Source of the DNA: an uncultured delta proteobacterium
Lineage (GTDB): Bacteria; Myxococcota_A; Polyangia; Polyangiales; JAFGIB01
Reading direction: 5' to 3'
Length of the DNA: 64,000 nt
Assembly: GCA_963778655.1 (NCBI GenBank)
Contig: CAVZVA010000010.1
Coordinates: forward strand, 416,001-480,000
Part shown: in pieces, positions 1 to 9,037 of the stretch
Layout: each line of letters begins with the position of its first letter
Position numbering within the stretch: position 1 is the stretch's first letter
The notes under the pieces: model-generated
What the model saw: only the letters and a program-made list of their open reading frames with translations
The model's database searches: none
Told to the model about the DNA's origin: nothing
Made by a program: the position numbers and the translations under genes

Positions 1-24
1 TAACCACCGCGCGGCCGAGCAGCC

Positions 25-996
25 ATGCCAGCCGAGGCCACGCCGCGCATCCCGCTGTGCGCCCACTTCATCTGGTTCGGCCAGCAGTTCCCCTGGGTCA
101 ACCTGCTGGCGGTGCGCTCGGCGGCGCTGCGCGGCGGATTCGAGCGCGTCGTGCTCCACCACGACTCGGACCTCTCGAGCACGCCGTGGTATCGCGAGCT
201 GACCGACACGCCGCGGGTGACGCTGCAGCGGCTCGATCTCGCAGGACTGCTCGAGCGCTGCGCGCCGCACGGCGCCGGCCTGCGCGCGGTCTACGATCGG
301 CTGCGCACGCCGGCCACTCGCTCGGATCTGGTGCGCTTCGCGCTGCTGCTCAGCCAGGGCGGCGTGTACCTCGACATCGACACCGTCACGCTGGGCAGCT
401 TCGAGCCGCTGTGCCGCACCGCGGCCGCGTTCTGCGGACAGGAGCGCATCGTCTATCCGTTCGGGGTGCGGGAGTCCTTCAATCCCGCCCTGCGGCTGCC
501 GGCCGAAGCGCGCTCGGGCCTGCGCGACCTGCTGCGGCGGATACCGCACGGCTGGGCGCTCTTCCGCAAGCTCGAAGGCCTCTATCCGCTGGCCGAGAAT
601 CCGGCGATTCTAGGCAGTGCGCCGGGCTCGCCCTTCATCACCGACGCCGTGCAGCGCATGCTGGCGATCGCGCCCGAGCGGCAGCCGCGTCCCAACGCGA
701 TAGGTCCCCACCTGCTACAGCAGACCGCCGCCGCCCACCGCGGCGATGGCCAGCTTACGGTGCATCCCCCCGAGGTCTTCTTCCCGCTCGGCCCCGAGAT
801 CAGCGAGCACTGGTTCCGCACGGTGCACCATGCCGATCTCGACGCGGTGCTCTCGCCCGCCACGCGTCTGGTGCACTGGTACGGGTCGGTGCGCACCAAG
901 CAGCTCGTACCGCGTATCGACCCCGCGTACGTGCAGCGGCACGCCCGCACCCAACTGTTCAGCGCGCTGGCGCTGCCGTTCGTCGGCGAGCGATAG
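25..996 (+). CDS. DXD-motif glycosyltransferase (GT32 / Gly_transf_sug-like)
   Basis: HFIWFG N-terminus; SDLVRFALLLSQGGVYLDIDT signature; C-terminal IGPHLL and VHWY. Confidence 0.85.
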   Translation: MPAEATPRIPLCAHFIWFGQQFPWVNLLAVRSAALRGGFERVVLHHDSDLSSTPWYRELTDTPRVTLQRLDLAGLLERCAPHGAGLRAVYDRLRTPATRSDLVRFALLLSQGGVYLDIDTVTLGSFEPLCRTAAAFCGQERIVYPFGVRESFNPALRLPAEARSGLRDLLRRIPHGWALFRKLEGLYPLAENPAILGSAPGSPFITDAVQRMLAIAPERQPRPNAIGPHLLQQTAAAHRGDGQLTVHPPEVFFPLGPEISEHWFRTVHHADLDAVLSPATRLVHWYGSVRTKQLVPRIDPAYVQRHARTQLFSALALPFVGER

Positions 997-1003
997 GAAA
1001 GGC

Positions 1004-1080
1004 ACAGGAATGCCGGAAGACGGGAAGTCAGAAACTCTGCCTTGCCGTCTTCCCGTCTTGCCGTGAATCTTCTTGATCCC
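1004..1080. repeat. REP-like palindrome (GGAAGACGGGAAG family) between convergent genes; possible bidirectional terminator
   Basis: GGAAGACGGGAAG-TCAGA-AAC-TCTGC-CTTGCCGTCTTCC stem; related copies at ~30726 and ~59221, with a similar TCTTG(A/G)TCC tail. Confidence 0.6.
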
Positions 1081-1081
1081 G

Positions 1082-1861
1082 TCAGTGCTGACCGAGCGCC
1101 GCAATCAGAAGCGGGACGTCATCGGTGATCAGGCCGTCGATGCCGGCGGCGGCGAGCGCACGCGCTCGCTCGGCGTCGTTGACGGTCCACGCGTTGACCA
1201 GGAGGCCGGCGGCGTGCCAGCTCGCGATCGCATCGGGGTGGGCGAGCGCGTGGTGGGGATGGATCAGGCGCGTCCCGGGCGGCGCCGGCTGCGGCTCGCG
1301 CTCGAACAGCAGCGCCACCGCCAGCTCTGGCAAGGCCGCGCACAGCGCCTGGCAGATCGCCGCGTCGAAGCTCGACAGCAGCACGCGCGCCAGCTCCGCG
1401 GCAGGCCGCGCGCGCAGCTCGGCCGCCACCGCCTGCACCAGCGCATGGCGCGAAGGCACGTCGGCCTTGAGCTCCACATTGAGCAGCCGCCCGCGCCCGA
1501 GCACCAGCTCGAGCGCCTGCTGCAGCCGCGGCACGCGTTCGCCCGCGCCGAGGTCGTGGCGCTGCAGCTCGGCCAGCGTGCTGTCGGCTGCGCGTGCGCC
1601 CACACCCGCCACGCGCGCGAGGTCCGGATCGTGCAGCACGACCACCTCGCCGCTGCCGCACAGGCGCACGTCGAGCTCGACCCCGTCGGCGCCCTGATCG
1701 AGCGCGCGCCGCAACGCCAGCAGCGTGTTCTCGGGCGTGCCGCGCCGCGTGCCGCGGTGCCCGTACAGCAGCGGCCGCGTGCGCGCCCCGCGCGCAAACG
1801 GCGCGCCCTCGCCATGGCCGCCCGGCGCGTCTTCCGACACCACCTTCGGGCTCTCGCTCAA
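1082..1861 (-). CDS. glycerophosphodiester phosphodiesterase (GDPD)
   Basis: GHRG...PENTL, GVELDV, VLHD, NVELK, WTVND, GIDGLITD motifs. Confidence 0.92.
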   Translation of the reverse strand: MSESPKVVSEDAPGGHGEGAPFARGARTRPLLYGHRGTRRGTPENTLLALRRALDQGADGVELDVRLCGSGEVVVLHDPDLARVAGVGARAADSTLAELQRHDLGAGERVPRLQQALELVLGRGRLLNVELKADVPSRHALVQAVAAELRARPAAELARVLLSSFDAAICQALCAALPELAVALLFEREPQPAPPGTRLIHPHHALAHPDAIASWHAAGLLVNAWTVNDAERARALAAAGIDGLITDDVPLLIAALGQH

Positions 1862-2940
1862 CCCGCGACCTTGAGCCCCTGCGCCTGCAGCGCCTGGGCC
1901 AGCGACGAATCGGGCTCGCTCAGCCGGCGCACGGTTGCGGTGTAGCCGTCCTGCAGGATCGCGCGGCGCGCCGCGAAGTTCATCGGCGAGTACATGAACA
2001 GCGTGGCGTCGGTCTGCTTGGGCTCCAGCACCAGCACTGCGGTCTCGGGGTGCTGTGCGCGGAAGCGCTCGAGCCCGAGCATGAAACGCGCCTCCATCCA
2101 GATGCGCATGGCCTGGTTGTAGACCCAGATCGCGCCCTTATCGCGCACGCGGCGCTTCTTGCCGTGACCGGTCGGCACGTCGCGCCCATCCGTGCCCGCA
2201 TGCACGGGCACCATCGGGTTGATGACCACGATCAACCCGCACCCCTCCTGCGCGGCCAGATCGATGTGCGCGGCGTCGCCGATGCCACCGTCGATATAAT
2301 CCCGGCCGCCGATCTCGACCGGCGCGTACAGCAGCGGGATCGCGCTCGAGGCCGCCACCGCGCGCGCCACCGGAACCTCCAGCAGCTCGTCCCGTCCAAA
2401 CACCGCGCGGCGCCCTGCGTCGAGCTCGCTCGCCACCACCAGCAAGCGCCGGGGCAGATCGGCGAAGCGCGCCGGAATGCTGCGCCGCTGCATGAAGTCG
2501 GTGAGGAAGCGCTCGTAGGTGTCCAGCGTGAACACGCCGGCGGGCAGCGAGTCGACGAAACGCTCGAGCTCGTCCCACACGTTGACGTCCAGCGGGCTGC
2601 TCGCCGCCGAGGACACCACGCGCCGCGCAGCCGCCATGGCCGAGCCGAAAACCCTCAAGATCTCGCCCATATCGATGCGCAGCAGGTGATTGCGCTGGAG
2701 CGGAAAGAAGTCGTCGGCGGGGTCGAGCAGCGCGCGGTACATGCGCTGCACGTTGAGCCCGCCGGCCAGGGCCATGGCCACGGTGGCGCCCGAGCCGGTC
2801 CCGACCAACACGTCAAAACCGCCGGCCGCCAGCCCCTCGATGCGGTCCTCGAGCGCGGCCAGGCAGCCCACCTGGTACATCGCACCGGTGACGCCGCCAC
2901 CGCACAGGCACAATCCAAGCTTGGAACGGGCGTCGACCAT
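1858..2940 (-). CDS. patatin-like phospholipase family protein (nucleophile motif reads GTGSG)
   Basis: LCGGGVTG oxyanion loop, AASSAIP, YIDGG; start placed at ATG 2940 (MVDARSKLG); 4-nt overlap with the GDPD gene. Confidence 0.85.
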   Translation of the reverse strand: MVDARSKLGLCLCGGGVTGAMYQVGCLAALEDRIEGLAAGGFDVLVGTGSGATVAMALAGGLNVQRMYRALLDPADDFFPLQRNHLLRIDMGEILRVFGSAMAAARRVVSSAASSPLDVNVWDELERFVDSLPAGVFTLDTYERFLTDFMQRRSIPARFADLPRRLLVVASELDAGRRAVFGRDELLEVPVARAVAASSAIPLLYAPVEIGGRDYIDGGIGDAAHIDLAAQEGCGLIVVINPMVPVHAGTDGRDVPTGHGKKRRVRDKGAIWVYNQAMRIWMEARFMLGLERFRAQHPETAVLVLEPKQTDATLFMYSPMNFAARRAILQDGYTATVRRLSEPDSSLAQALQAQGLKVAG

Positions 2941-3149
2941 CCTGACTTCCGGCAGCTCGGCCCGGCCGTGGCGCGCCGTGCCGGCCGATGCTACACGGTG
3001 CCACGCCCGATGCGGTAGCCCGCGCCTCCGCGGGAGCCGCGAAAAACGCAAAATCACGCCACAAAGTCGCCGCCGATCGAGCGGATTGTGGTCGCGGTCG
3101 CGACGCGGCTGCTACCCTTGATGGGCTCTGCCGCGACCCCCGGTTGCTC

Positions 3150-5855
3150 ATGCGCCGCTACTCATTCCATCACCGGGGAGGGCACGCGCCCTCCCCGCCC
3201 TGCCGGCAAAGCCGTCAGGGTCCCACCCCTCCGCGAGGCTCGCTTCGCTCGCGCTGCCCATCGCGCGCCAATCTGCGCTCACCGCCTTGCGTTCACCCCG
3301 TCCACCGGGGAGGGCACGCGCCCTCCCCGCCCTGCCGGCAAAGCCGTCAGGGTCCCACCCCTCCGCGAGGCTCGCTTCGCTCGCGCTGCCCATCGCGCGC
3401 CAATCTGCGCTCACCGCCTTGCGTTCACCCCGTCCACCGGGGAGGGCACGCGCCCTCCCCGCCCTGCCGGCAAAGCCGTCAGGGTCCCACCCCTCCGCGA
3501 GGCTCGCTTCGCTCGCGCTGCCCATCGCGCGCCAATCTGCGCTCACCGCCTTGCGTTCACCCCGTCCACCGGGGAGGGCACGCGCCCTCCCCGCCCTGCC
3601 GGCAAAGCCGTCAGGGTCCCACCCCTCCGCGAGGCTCGCTTCGCTCAGCGCTCCCTGCCTGGCTGCTCTCGGTCGTGCTCGGCTGCGGCGGCCTCGCGCT
3701 CGGGCTGGCCGACGGCGGCTGCGGGGCCGGCGCGCAGCACGGACCGACGATCGCGCCGCCCAGGCCGGTGCCGAGCGTCGTGACCGACGCCACCTTCGAC
3801 GACGCGCTGCGCCACTACTGGCAGCTCGATCTCGACGATCCGGCGCGCGCGCCGCTGCGGCAGCAGCTGGTCGATCACCTGCTGCAGAAGGGCGCGGCCG
3901 ACGGCGGCTACGATGCGGCGATCGCCCAGCTGGCGCAGGTGACCGAGCTCTACACCCCCAGCGAGATCGAGGCCGGCAAGCTGCCCGCGGAGCTCGAGCC
4001 GATCGCCCGATTGTTGGTCGCCAAGGGCTCGCCGCGCGGCGACGAAGCGCGCGTGCTCTCGGCGCTGCTGGTGCTGCAGGGCATCCATCCCGACGACAAG
4101 GGCCTGGCCGAGCAGTACCGCCGCATCAAGGAGTGGGGCTTCGACGCGCGTGCGGCACTCAGCGGACCGCTCGAGCGCTTCGAGGAAGGCATCGTCGAGG
4201 TGTGGGAGGAGCACGCGCGGCTGACGCCGACGCCGGAAGTACTGGCGACGCTGGCGCGGCTCTACGTCGAGCGCCGCAACGCGTTGATCACGCTGTTTCA
4301 GTCGAGCGAGCGGCGAGTCCCGCTGAGCGCCGCGATCTTCGAGGGCGTGCAGCGCACCGCGATGAGCGTCGCGGCCGTGTACCTGCGCCACGGCGACATC
4401 GCCTCGGCGCTGAGCAACGTGCAGGCGATGAACGCCTCGGGCGGGGTCGAGCAGCGCATGATCGAGATCCTGCAGCTCGCGCGCAAGGACGGCCCCGAAG
4501 GCGCCGGCGCCCTGCTCGACCTGGCGCGCGCATACCTGGAGGACGGGCGCCCCGACGTCTCGCGCGCGCTATGCGTGACCGGCCTGCGCGAGCAGCGGCA
4601 GGACGCCCGCTTTCCGCAGTGCCTGGCGCGCATCGCCGCCACCAAGAGCGACTTCGGCGGCGCGATGGCTTGGTATTCGGAGGCCGTGCGCCTGATGCCC
4701 GAGGAGCGTGCGCTGTACGACGAGATCCTCGAGGTGCTCAACAGCCTGATGGAACAGGGTCTGTTCGGCAGCGACACCGCACAGACCCGCGCCATCGCCA
4801 AGCGCGCCTCCGAAATCCTGGAGGAGCGGCTCAAGCGCTGGCCCAATTCGACGCCCGCGGTCAAGCCGGAAGACCTGTACCTGGCGATCGCGGTGGCGGA
4901 GATGAACGCGGGCAACGCGCGCGAGGCCGAAGCCGACCTACGCAAGAGCCTGGCCGCCAAGGAGACGGTGCCGGCGCTGCTGCAGCTCGGATTGCTGCTC
5001 GAGCGCATGAGCCGCGACAGCGAGGCGGCCGAGATCTATCGCCACGCGCTGCAATTGCAGAACGGCGGTCACGGCAACGACGAGCCCAAGCGCGCCGAGA
5101 TCTTCGAGCGCCTGGGAGACGCCCTGCGCATGCTCGGCAAGGGGCAGGAAGCCAGCAAGATGTACCAGCAGGGGCTGGCGCTGTGGGATCAGAACCTCTC
5201 GCGCGAAAAGGGCCAGCGCATCGGCCTGGCGCACCTGCGCCGCGGGATCCTGCTGGGGCGGCTCTCGCGCCGAAGCGATTCGCTGTCGGCCTTCGAGAAG
5301 GCGATGGCGCTCGCGCCCGAGGTGCGCGAGACGTACGCCACGATTCTGGCCTACCTGGCGGTCAGCGATCCGGACAGCCACTTCGCGCACCAGGTGTTCC
5401 ACAACGCGCTCAACCAGCTCAGCCTCGAGCCCGAATGGAAGGTCTACTTCGCGCTGTGGCTGCGGATGATCGCCGGGCGCGACGGGGTGAAGCTCGACAG
5501 CGACGTCAACGCGGTGTTCGAGGACATGAGCCAGGGTGACGACTGGTGGGCGAAGCTCGCGCAGTTCGCGGCGGGCAAGCTGGCCTTCGAAGATCTGCTG
5601 AGCGAGGCCTCGGATCTCGGCGAGCGCACGGAGGCCTATTTCTACGAGGGCGCACGCCGACTGGCCGCGGGCAACGCTCAGGGCGCGCGCGAGATGTTCC
5701 AGCACGTGGTCGACAGCAACATGGTCAACTTCTACGAGTTCGCCATGGCGCAGGAGCTGATGGCGCAGACCGGGCCCAGCCCGGCCCAGGCGACCACGCA
5801 GGCGCAGAACCGGCCCTCGCTCGAGCAGGCGCCGCCGCCGCCGGCCAATCGCTGA
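3150..5855 (+). CDS. TPR-repeat protein, probable lipoprotein, N-terminus expanded by in-frame tandem repeat
   Basis: Helical TPR-like repeats (ALLQLGLLLERM, AHLRRGILLG); NlpI-like C-terminus (EAYFYEG...FYEFAMA); hydrophobic segment plus GGC after the repeat; start uncertain. Confidence 0.7.
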   Translation: MRRYSFHHRGGHAPSPPCRQSRQGPTPPRGSLRSRCPSRANLRSPPCVHPVHRGGHAPSPPCRQSRQGPTPPRGSLRSRCPSRANLRSPPCVHPVHRGGHAPSPPCRQSRQGPTPPRGSLRSRCPSRANLRSPPCVHPVHRGGHAPSPPCRQSRQGPTPPRGSLRSALPAWLLSVVLGCGGLALGLADGGCGAGAQHGPTIAPPRPVPSVVTDATFDDALRHYWQLDLDDPARAPLRQQLVDHLLQKGAADGGYDAAIAQLAQVTELYTPSEIEAGKLPAELEPIARLLVAKGSPRGDEARVLSALLVLQGIHPDDKGLAEQYRRIKEWGFDARAALSGPLERFEEGIVEVWEEHARLTPTPEVLATLARLYVERRNALITLFQSSERRVPLSAAIFEGVQRTAMSVAAVYLRHGDIASALSNVQAMNASGGVEQRMIEILQLARKDGPEGAGALLDLARAYLEDGRPDVSRALCVTGLREQRQDARFPQCLARIAATKSDFGGAMAWYSEAVRLMPEERALYDEILEVLNSLMEQGLFGSDTAQTRAIAKRASEILEERLKRWPNSTPAVKPEDLYLAIAVAEMNAGNAREAEADLRKSLAAKETVPALLQLGLLLERMSRDSEAAEIYRHALQLQNGGHGNDEPKRAEIFERLGDALRMLGKGQEASKMYQQGLALWDQNLSREKGQRIGLAHLRRGILLGRLSRRSDSLSAFEKAMALAPEVRETYATILAYLAVSDPDSHFAHQVFHNALNQLSLEPEWKVYFALWLRMIAGRDGVKLDSDVNAVFEDMSQGDDWWAKLAQFAAGKLAFEDLLSEASDLGERTEAYFYEGARRLAAGNAQGAREMFQHVVDSNMVNFYEFAMAQELMAQTGPSPAQATTQAQNRPSLEQAPPPPANR
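3171..3646. repeat. perfect tandem repeat, 132-bp unit x3 plus 80-bp partial copy, hairpin-rich
   Basis: Units start at 3171, 3303, 3435 and 3567; each contains CGGGGAGGGC-ACGC-GCCCTCCCCG, CCCTGCCGGC-AAA-GCCGTCAGGG and GCGAGGCTCGCTTCGCTC. Confidence 0.95.
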
Positions 5856-5946
5856 AGCGCAGAGCGCGACGCCCGCGGCCGCAGCGCACAGCGTTTGAGC
5901 CGCGTCCGGCGCCACGATAAGCTGTGCGCCGGAGGCGGGCGTCCGC

Positions 5947-7155
5947 GTGGCTTTCTTCGGCAGCGATACCCTGCGCACGGCGCTGCAGATGCCGGCCCGC
6001 AATCCGGGCCGCAGCGCGTTGACCACGCTCGGGCTGGCGATCGGCGTCGGCGCGTTCATCGCCATGGTCAGCTTCGGCCGCGGGGCGCGCAGCGCCGTCG
6101 TCTCGCAGTTCGAAACGCTGGGCACGAACTTGCTGCGGATCAAGACCCGCTACGGCGCCACTACCGAGAGCCCGCACCTGCTCACGCAGGAAGACGTCGC
6201 CGCGCTGCAACGCGAATCGACCACGTTCGCCTACGTGGTCCCTCACGCCTTCAGCCCGATGGACGTGACCTATGCGGGCCGGCGCATCCGCACCAGCGTG
6301 CTCGGCGCGCTGCCGGACATCGTCCACACCGAAGACTGGCGCATGAGCGCAGGCGGCATGTTCGATCAGGCGGACGTACAACAGCGCAGCAAGGTGTGCG
6401 TGATCGGGGCCACCGCGCTGGCCAACCTGTTCGGTCCCGCCGACCCGCTCGGTCAGGTGATCACGATCGGCGGCCGCCTGCCGTGTCGCGTGATCGGCGT
6501 GCTCGGCCAGCGCGGCTCGAACATCGGCGGCAGCGACATGGACGACCGCGTCATGCTGCCGCTGAGCACATACGAGGCGTATCTCGGCCTACCCAACGGC
6601 TACTGGGTCGTGGAGGTGCGTCCCAAGAGCCGCGCCTTGCTCGACGCAGCCAAGGCCGAGGTCACGCAGATCCTGCGCCGCAGCCACCGCATCGAGCCCG
6701 GCGACGACGACGACTTCCAGATCTTGAGCCCCGACGATCTGACCCAGGTGGCGCAGCAGATCAGCGGTACGTTGACCGGCCTGCTGGCGGCGATCGCCGC
6801 CGTGTCGCTGCTGGTCGGCGGCATCGGCATCATGAACATCCAGCTGGTGTCGGTGGCCGAGCGCACGCACGAGATCGGCATCCGCGCCGCGATCGGCGCA
6901 TCGCCCGCGCAGATCATGACTCAGTTCGTAGCCGAAGCGGTCACGCTCGCAGCGCTGGGCAGCGCGGCCGGGGTCGCGCTCGGCATCGGTGCATCGATGC
7001 TGGTGGCCAAGCAGTTCCACTGGGAGCAGGCCACCAGCGCCGACGTCGTGCTCGGCTCGGCGCTGTTCGGGATCGCGGTCGGCACGCTGTTCGGCTACAT
7101 CCCGGCGCGGCGCGCAGCGCGGCTCGACCCGATCGACGCCTTGCGCCGCGAGTAG
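5947..7155 (+). CDS. MacB/FtsX-like ABC transporter permease
   Basis: RSALTTLGLAIGVGA; SLLVGGIGIMNI..VSVAERTHEIGIRAAIGA; PARRAARLDPIDALRRE. Confidence 0.93.
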   Translation: MAFFGSDTLRTALQMPARNPGRSALTTLGLAIGVGAFIAMVSFGRGARSAVVSQFETLGTNLLRIKTRYGATTESPHLLTQEDVAALQRESTTFAYVVPHAFSPMDVTYAGRRIRTSVLGALPDIVHTEDWRMSAGGMFDQADVQQRSKVCVIGATALANLFGPADPLGQVITIGGRLPCRVIGVLGQRGSNIGGSDMDDRVMLPLSTYEAYLGLPNGYWVVEVRPKSRALLDAAKAEVTQILRRSHRIEPGDDDDFQILSPDDLTQVAQQISGTLTGLLAAIAAVSLLVGGIGIMNIQLVSVAERTHEIGIRAAIGASPAQIMTQFVAEAVTLAALGSAAGVALGIGASMLVAKQFHWEQATSADVVLGSALFGIAVGTLFGYIPARRAARLDPIDALRRE

Positions 7156-7167
7156 GCTCGCGCTCGC

Positions 7168-8967
7168 TCAGCGCGGGCTTGCCGGCACCAGCACGTAATA
7201 GGTGCCGGCGGTGCTGTCGTGAATGCGCACGGGCCGCGCGCCCAGCGCGAGCGCCCAACCGGGCAGCCGGGCCCGCGCGCGCAGCGCGGTGCGATAGCCC
7301 GGCAGCGTGTCACCGACCAGCGCGCGGAAGTAGGCCACCTGCGCGCGGTCGGCCTGGGCGGCAAGCCATTGCGCGGACGGGATCTCGCCGGGGCGGAGGT
7401 TGCGCGGCAGAAAGCGCTCGGCGTATTCGCTCGCCACCACGATCGCGTCCGGCCGGCGCGCGCCCACCGCGGCCGGCTCGGCTTGCAGCTCGCGCAGGCC
7501 CGGCAGACGCGCGCGCGCGCCGGGCGGCTCCAGACCGACCCGCTGCACCCGATAGGGCGCCGCGGTCGAGCTGTCGAAGCGCGGCTGGAACACGTCGAAG
7601 CCATAGATCTCCACCACGCTGCCGCGCGGCAGCCGCAAGAGAAAGCGCTCGACCTCTCGGCGCGGATCCCCCCACTGCGTCAGCGCGAGCAGCACGCACG
7701 AATACGCCGACAGCAGCAGCGCCGCGCCAGCGGCCCATGCCAGCGGGCGGGTCGCGGCGCGCCGCCACAGCGCGACCAGCGCGAAGCCGCCGTAGACGCA
7801 CAGCCAGACCCCGAGCGGCAGCAAGAAGCGGTGCTCGCAGCGCGCCACGGGCAGCGTGAACGCGACCACGCTCGACAGGCCGGCGCAGATCGGCAGCAGG
7901 CGTTGGGCGCGGTCGGGCTCGCCGGGCTCCGGCCGCAGCAGCAGCGCGAGCGCGACCCCGCCCCAGCACAGCGCGACGACGCCCCAGCTCCACAGGAAGC
8001 TCGCCTGGGCAAACCACAGGTCGCGCAGGTTGAGCCACAGCCCTTGGACGCTGCGCGCGTAGTTGCGCCAATCCTGGCTGTTGGTCCCGAGCAGCATCCG
8101 CACGCGCGCGATGAACCCGGTCGGGTTGACGATCACGCCGGCGAGCGCGGCATAGCCGAGCGCGCCCCACAGCAACATGCGCCTGAGCAGGCGGAAGTGC
8201 GCCTCGCCCGCCCCGAGCCGCCCGGGCGCGACCAGCGGCAGCACGCCGAGGTAGAGCGGCACCGGCAGCACGTACGCGGCGTAGGCCTGATCCTTGGTCG
8301 CGACCGAAGCCGCAGCGAACAGCCCAGTCAGCGCATAGTCGTTTGCATGCCCGCGCTGAAGCACGCTGAGCAGCCGGTCAATCGCAAGCGCGGTCCAGAA
8401 CATGTAAGGACCATCGAGATTGCTGGCTCGCGCGTAGTAGCCGAAGGTCAGGCAGGTGACGGCGCAAAGCGCGGCGCACCGGCCCGCGGCCACGCCGAAC
8501 AGCCGCCGCGCGATGCGCGCGATCAGCAGCAGCAAGCCGCAGCCCATCGCCACGTGGGCCAGCTTGATCAGCAGTGACACGGCCGTCATGCACGCGACCG
8601 ACTGCACCCGCGCCGAGATCGCCCCGGCTGACCAGGGTCCTGCGACCACGAACGGCAGCAGCACCGGCAGGCAGATCAGCAGCAGAACCAGGTTGTGAAA
8701 CAGGGGATAGCGGTGCGCGTGGCCCCACAGCAGATTGCCGGCGACCCCGCGCAGGAAGTCGCGCGGCGCAACCCCGTCGTTCTCCCAGCCGAACGCGCTG
8801 GGCTGATCCCAGCCGATGATCAGGAGCTGAGCCACCGCGAACGCAAGCGCGAGCCGCGCGAGCAGCGGATCCTCGCCCGCGCAGTCGCGCGCGGCAGCCA
8901 GCCACGCGCGCGGCGCGAGCGAGGCTGCCGCTCGCTGGATTCCACGGTCCATCCTCGCACGCGTCAC
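7168..8967 (-). CDS. multi-pass membrane protein, probable GT-C fold glycosyltransferase (PMT/ArnT-like)
   Basis: About 10 TM segments; WEND acidic first loop, YP, NLDGPY, ATKDQAY, RFLLP. Confidence 0.65.
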   Translation of the reverse strand: MTRARMDRGIQRAAASLAPRAWLAAARDCAGEDPLLARLALAFAVAQLLIIGWDQPSAFGWENDGVAPRDFLRGVAGNLLWGHAHRYPLFHNLVLLLICLPVLLPFVVAGPWSAGAISARVQSVACMTAVSLLIKLAHVAMGCGLLLLIARIARRLFGVAAGRCAALCAVTCLTFGYYARASNLDGPYMFWTALAIDRLLSVLQRGHANDYALTGLFAAASVATKDQAYAAYVLPVPLYLGVLPLVAPGRLGAGEAHFRLLRRMLLWGALGYAALAGVIVNPTGFIARVRMLLGTNSQDWRNYARSVQGLWLNLRDLWFAQASFLWSWGVVALCWGGVALALLLRPEPGEPDRAQRLLPICAGLSSVVAFTLPVARCEHRFLLPLGVWLCVYGGFALVALWRRAATRPLAWAAGAALLLSAYSCVLLALTQWGDPRREVERFLLRLPRGSVVEIYGFDVFQPRFDSSTAAPYRVQRVGLEPPGARARLPGLRELQAEPAAVGARRPDAIVVASEYAERFLPRNLRPGEIPSAQWLAAQADRAQVAYFRALVGDTLPGYRTALRARARLPGWALALGARPVRIHDSTAGTYYVLVPASPR

Positions 8968-9037
8968 CGCCTCCGAGATTGAGCGCGGAGGATAACGCTC
9001 TGAGCGCGACGGCGCGAGCAGAACGCCCGCCGGCCGG

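Noticed and set aside
3171..3646. CRISPR array
   Set aside because: Linkers are identical rather than unique spacers, the unit is 132 bp, and no cas genes are present.
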